Shown: piece by piece, positions 60,869 to 64,000 of the stretch | Numbering within the stretch: position 1 is the stretch's first letter | Layout: every line of letters starts with the position of its first letter | Source of the DNA: Thermodesulfobacteriota bacterium | GTDB taxonomy: Bacteria; Desulfobacterota_D; UBA1144; Nemesobacterales; UBA2774 | NCBI GenBank assembly: GCA_963422265.1 | Contig: OY729416.1 | Span: forward strand, 768,001 to 832,000 | Direction of reading: 5' to 3' | Length of the DNA: 64,000 nt | Notes under the pieces: generated by a model | Told to the model about the DNA's origin: nothing | Seen by the model: only the letters and a program-made list of their open reading frames with translations | The model's database searches: none | Position numbers and translations under genes: made by a program

Positions 60869-62143
60869 ATGCAAATAAATGTCACCGTACCAGAATTAGG
60901 GGAATCAATCGTCGAAGCAACAATAGTAAGATGGCTTAAATCAGAGGGAGACCCGGTGAGAATCGGCGAGTCATTGGTAGAACTTGAAACTGAGAAGGCT
61001 AATTTTGAGGTTGCTGCCGAAAAAGAGGGAATACTTAAAAGCATAACAAAAAGGGAAAGCGTTGATATTGAAGTCGGTGATGTCATAGGAATTATTGAAG
61101 AAGGTGAACCTTCGACCGGAGTTGGGGATATTATTGAGAGCACCGAAGTTTCAGAGGAAAAACTCGTAGCAACTGAGACTATAAACAAAGTAGAGTCTCA
61201 AGAAGAGCCCCTGCACGACAAAATAACTCCCGTAGCGAGGCGTATAGCTCAGGATAATAATGTTGATCTGGATAAAGTCAGAGGAAGTGGAGCTAGTGGA
61301 CGCATTACAAAAGAAGACGTGGAAAAATACATGAAAGAACGCGTGACAAGCAAAGAACTAGAGAGTTCTACGTCAGAGACAACCACCCAACCCGCAGTCT
61401 TAGTCAGCCAAAAAGCACCTCTTTCCCCCATAGCAAAAGAGGATCGTAGAGAAGAGCGCGTTAAAATGTCTCGACGCAGGAGAACAATTGCAAGAAGGAT
61501 GCTTGAGTCGGCACAGTCAACTGCTATGCTCACGACTTTCAACGAGATTGACATGGGCGCCGTTATGAGCCTTAGAAAGAGCCACAAGGAGTCATTTAAG
61601 GAAAAATACGGCGTCAGCCTAGGCTTAAATTCCTTCTTCGTTAAAGCTACCATAGGAGCTCTAAAGGAGTTTGCGGTGCTCAACGCTGAGATCGAAGAAG
61701 ATACTATGATCCTAAAGCGATACTACGATATTGGCATTGCAATCGGAGCTTCTGAGGGACTCGTCGTCCCAGTTCTAAGAAATGCAGACGGTATGTCGTT
61801 CGCCGAGATTGAGAAAAGAATCAAGAATTTCGCGCAGAAGGCCGAGGACAACAGCCTCTCCCTTGAAGACATCATGGGAGGCACCTTTACGATTACAAAC
61901 GGGGGCGTATTCGGTTCTATGATGAGCACCCCTATCCTTAACCCACCTCAAGTGGGCATACTAGGACTTCATAGAATAGAGGAGAGGCCAATAGTGATTA
62001 ACGGCAATATAGAAATCCGACCCATGATGTACGTGGCGCTTAGCTACGACCACAGAATTGTTGACGGACGCGAGGCAGTGCAGTTCCTCGTTAAAGTCAA
62101 GGAGCTTGTTGAATACCCTGAAATACTACTGCTTGAAGGATAA
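60869..62143 (+). CDS. sucB: Dihydrolipoamide succinyltransferase E2
   Basis: Lipoyl domain (ELETEKA), E3-binding domain ([11 protein letters not shown]), [21 protein letters not shown] and ALSYDHR..DG motifs. Confidence 0.97.
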   Translation: MQINVTVPELGESIVEATIVRWLKSEGDPVRIGESLVELETEKANFEVAAEKEGILKSITKRESVDIEVGDVIGIIEEGEPSTGVGDIIESTEVSEEKLVATETINKVESQEEPLHDKITPVARRIAQDNNVDLDKVRGSGASGRITKEDVEKYMKERVTSKELESSTSETTTQPAVLVSQKAPLSPIAKEDRREERVKMSRRRRTIARRMLESAQSTAMLTTFNEIDMGAVMSLRKSHKESFKEKYGVSLGLNSFFVKATIGALKEFAVLNAEIEEDTMILKRYYDIGIAIGASEGLVVPVLRNADGMSFAEIEKRIKNFAQKAEDNSLSLEDIMGGTFTITNGGVFGSMMSTPILNPPQVGILGLHRIEERPIVINGNIEIRPMMYVALSYDHRIVDGREAVQFLVKVKELVEYPEILLLEG

Positions 62144-62156
62144 AGCGCACAGTGGT

Positions 62157-64000
62157 TTAAGATATACTTGCAAATTCAAGCAGGTTTTTCCATTTCCTAG
62201 AAACTTCTTTTAACAGTTCCGGATAATTACTAAGCCTTGGATCCTTCTTTACAACGTGGAAAGCGTCTTCTCTTGCCTCTCCGAGAATTTTCGTATCCCT
62301 CATTATATTGGCAAACTTAAACTCTGGAAGCCCAGACTGTTTCGTGCCGAGAAAATCTCCTGGTCCACGTATCGCCAGATCGGCTTCCGCTATCTCAAAA
62401 CCGTCTCTAGTCCGCTCCATCACCGACAATCGCCTCTCAGCATCTTCCGATCGCTGAAAACCGGAGAGCAGTACGCAATATGAATCATGCTTTCCTCTTC
62501 CGACACGCCCCCTCAACTGGTGAAGCTGTGTAAGACCAAACCTCTCGGCATTTTCGACCACCATTACGGTGGCATTAGGAACATCCACTCCAACCTCTAT
62601 AACAGTTGTAGATACAAGGATATCCAAATCATTCGAGATAAATTTTCTCATTACAATATCTTTTTCTTCAGGCTTCATTCTTCCGTGAAGAAGCCCTACC
62701 CTAAAATTGGGAAATATCTCATTCTGGAATCTCTCCGCCATTTGAGTGGCATCTTTCAAACCCTTAAAGTCAGAATTCTCAGATTCCTCTATCATGGGAT
62801 ATACTACGTATGCTTGCCTTCCCTTCTTTATCTCCCTTTCAACAAGACTATGAGCCCTTTCTCGTGCTCTTTTTTGGTCATAATAGACTTTTGTTCTTAT
62901 TTCTCTCCTCCCTGGCGGAAGTTCATCAAGCACCGAGACATCAAGGTCTCCATGGACGGTCAAGGCGAGCGTGCGAGGAATTGGGGTGGCAGTCATAACT
63001 AGAACGTCAGGTCTATTACCCTTGCCTATTAGCTCAGCCCTTTGCATCACCCCAAAACGGTGCTGTTCATCTATAACTACTAGCCCTAAGTTCTTGAAAT
63101 CAACTTTCTCTTGTATAAGAGCGTGTGTACCGACCGCAATTTGTGCTTGACCGTTACTAAGAGCTTTATAATAAGCCCCCTTCTCACTCTTAGAAAGGCT
63201 GCTTTTAAGAAAAACTATATGAAGCCGCATACCCTTTAAGTAATTGAAAATCGAGACCAGATGCTGCTCAGCTAGTATCTCCGTTGGAGCCATTAAAACG
63301 GCTTGGTATCCACTCTCCACTGCCTTTAAGATCGAAATAAGCGCAACTACAGTCTTACCACTTCCTACGTCTCCCTGCAGCATTCGGTTCATCGGAATTT
63401 CAGATCTCATATCTCGCTCTATCTCAGATATAACCCGTAATTGAGCCGAAGTTAGGTCAAAGGAGAACCTAGATAAGAGCTTCTTAGTCAAAACGCCTGA
63501 AGGGGAAAAGACAATTCCCTTCATCTGCGTAACGTCCCTCTTTTTAAGAGCAATACCAAGCTGCATTAAGAAAAGTTCACAGTAAGAAACGGTTTTATGC
63601 GGTAGAGACTCATACACCGAGCCCCTATCCGTAAACTCAACAACCTGATCCTGATCATCCGGAAAATGCACCCTCACAACTGCTTTCGCAAATTCCATAA
63701 CTTTTCTCTTAGACTTTATTTTCTCAGGAATGAAATTAGGTAGAGACTGAGAATAATCGTCCACGACCGACTTCATTATTTTCCTCATTCGCCTTTGTCC
63801 AATGCCCTCCGCAAGTGGGTAGACGGGAACTATGCGGTTAAAGTGCACGTTCTGTTCATCCAAACCTTCACCTTCCTCTATTACCTCAATATCTTCGGGT
63901 TTTGGATGTATGATCTGAAGCTCGTCGCGATACCCTAGTGTTACTTCTCCCGATAATATCACCGACAATCCCTTCTTATAAGTAGCCCTCAAGTATCTCT
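62157..64000 (-). CDS. recG: ATP-dependent DNA helicase RecG (5' end outside the window)
   Basis: QGDVGSGKT, APTEILAEQH, DEQHRFGV, TATPIPRT, ERFGL.QLHQLRGRVGRG and D..IRGPG...G..QSG motifs. Confidence 0.97.
   Translation of the reverse strand, partial: RYLRATYKKGLSVILSGEVTLGYRDELQIIHPKPEDIEVIEEGEGLDEQNVHFNRIVPVYPLAEGIGQRRMRKIMKSVVDDYSQSLPNFIPEKIKSKRKVMEFAKAVVRVHFPDDQDQVVEFTDRGSVYESLPHKTVSYCELFLMQLGIALKKRDVTQMKGIVFSPSGVLTKKLLSRFSFDLTSAQLRVISEIERDMRSEIPMNRMLQGDVGSGKTVVALISILKAVESGYQAVLMAPTEILAEQHLVSIFNYLKGMRLHIVFLKSSLSKSEKGAYYKALSNGQAQIAVGTHALIQEKVDFKNLGLVVIDEQHRFGVMQRAELIGKGNRPDVLVMTATPIPRTLALTVHGDLDVSVLDELPPGRREIRTKVYYDQKRARERAHSLVEREIKKGRQAYVVYPMIEESENSDFKGLKDATQMAERFQNEIFPNFRVGLLHGRMKPEEKDIVMRKFISNDLDILVSTTVIEVGVDVPNATVMVVENAERFGLTQLHQLRGRVGRGKHDSYCVLLSGFQRSEDAERRLSVMERTRDGFEIAEADLAIRGPGDFLGTKQSGLPEFKFANIMRDTKILGEAREDAFHVVKKDPRLSNYPELLKEVSRKWKNLLEFASIS

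Noticed and set aside
1-64000. CRISPR arrays, rRNA/tRNA genes, integrases, transposases, prophage genes
   Set aside because: No regularly spaced repeat-spacer array, tRNA cloverleaf or such ORFs recognised by eye; tRNAscan/Rfam were not run.

Overview
Bacterial chromosomal window that is mostly core genes. The housekeeping proteins look deltaproteobacteria-like, possibly Ca. Dadabacteria; this is an inference from protein style, not a database result. The centre (19.2-38.4 kb, minus strand) is a contiguous str-S10-spc-alpha ribosomal superoperon that lacks rpmD (L30). Its tuf gene has sharply different, G-ending codon usage. The left arm holds a partial TonB-dependent receptor, an SDR, a small membrane ORF, GST, an orphan tolB, a PLMP-like+HNH nuclease, lgt/lnt, hisD/hisC, a three-gene porin / FMN-binding protein / His-containing membrane protein cluster behind Fur-like boxes, metF, ubiE/menG, pdxH and an LLM oxidoreductase. 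The right arm holds purD, glmS/glmU, ssb, a Nudix hydrolase, hydantoinase A, rpoZ, hisIE, two tandem split FmdB-type zinc-ribbon paralogs (both CxxC-x92-CxxC), an enoyl-CoA hydratase, era and aspS. It ends with an operon joining a ferredoxin-FrhB (F420-type) protein to 2-oxoacid:acceptor oxidoreductase alpha/beta, followed by sucA/sucB and a partial recG. Short REP-like palindromes are scattered in intergenic regions. No rRNA, tRNA, CRISPR array or transposase was recognised. The best candidates for an undescribed system are the FrhB-KorAB operon, the porin-flavoprotein-membrane protein module, the split zinc-ribbon pair and the tuf compositional anomaly.
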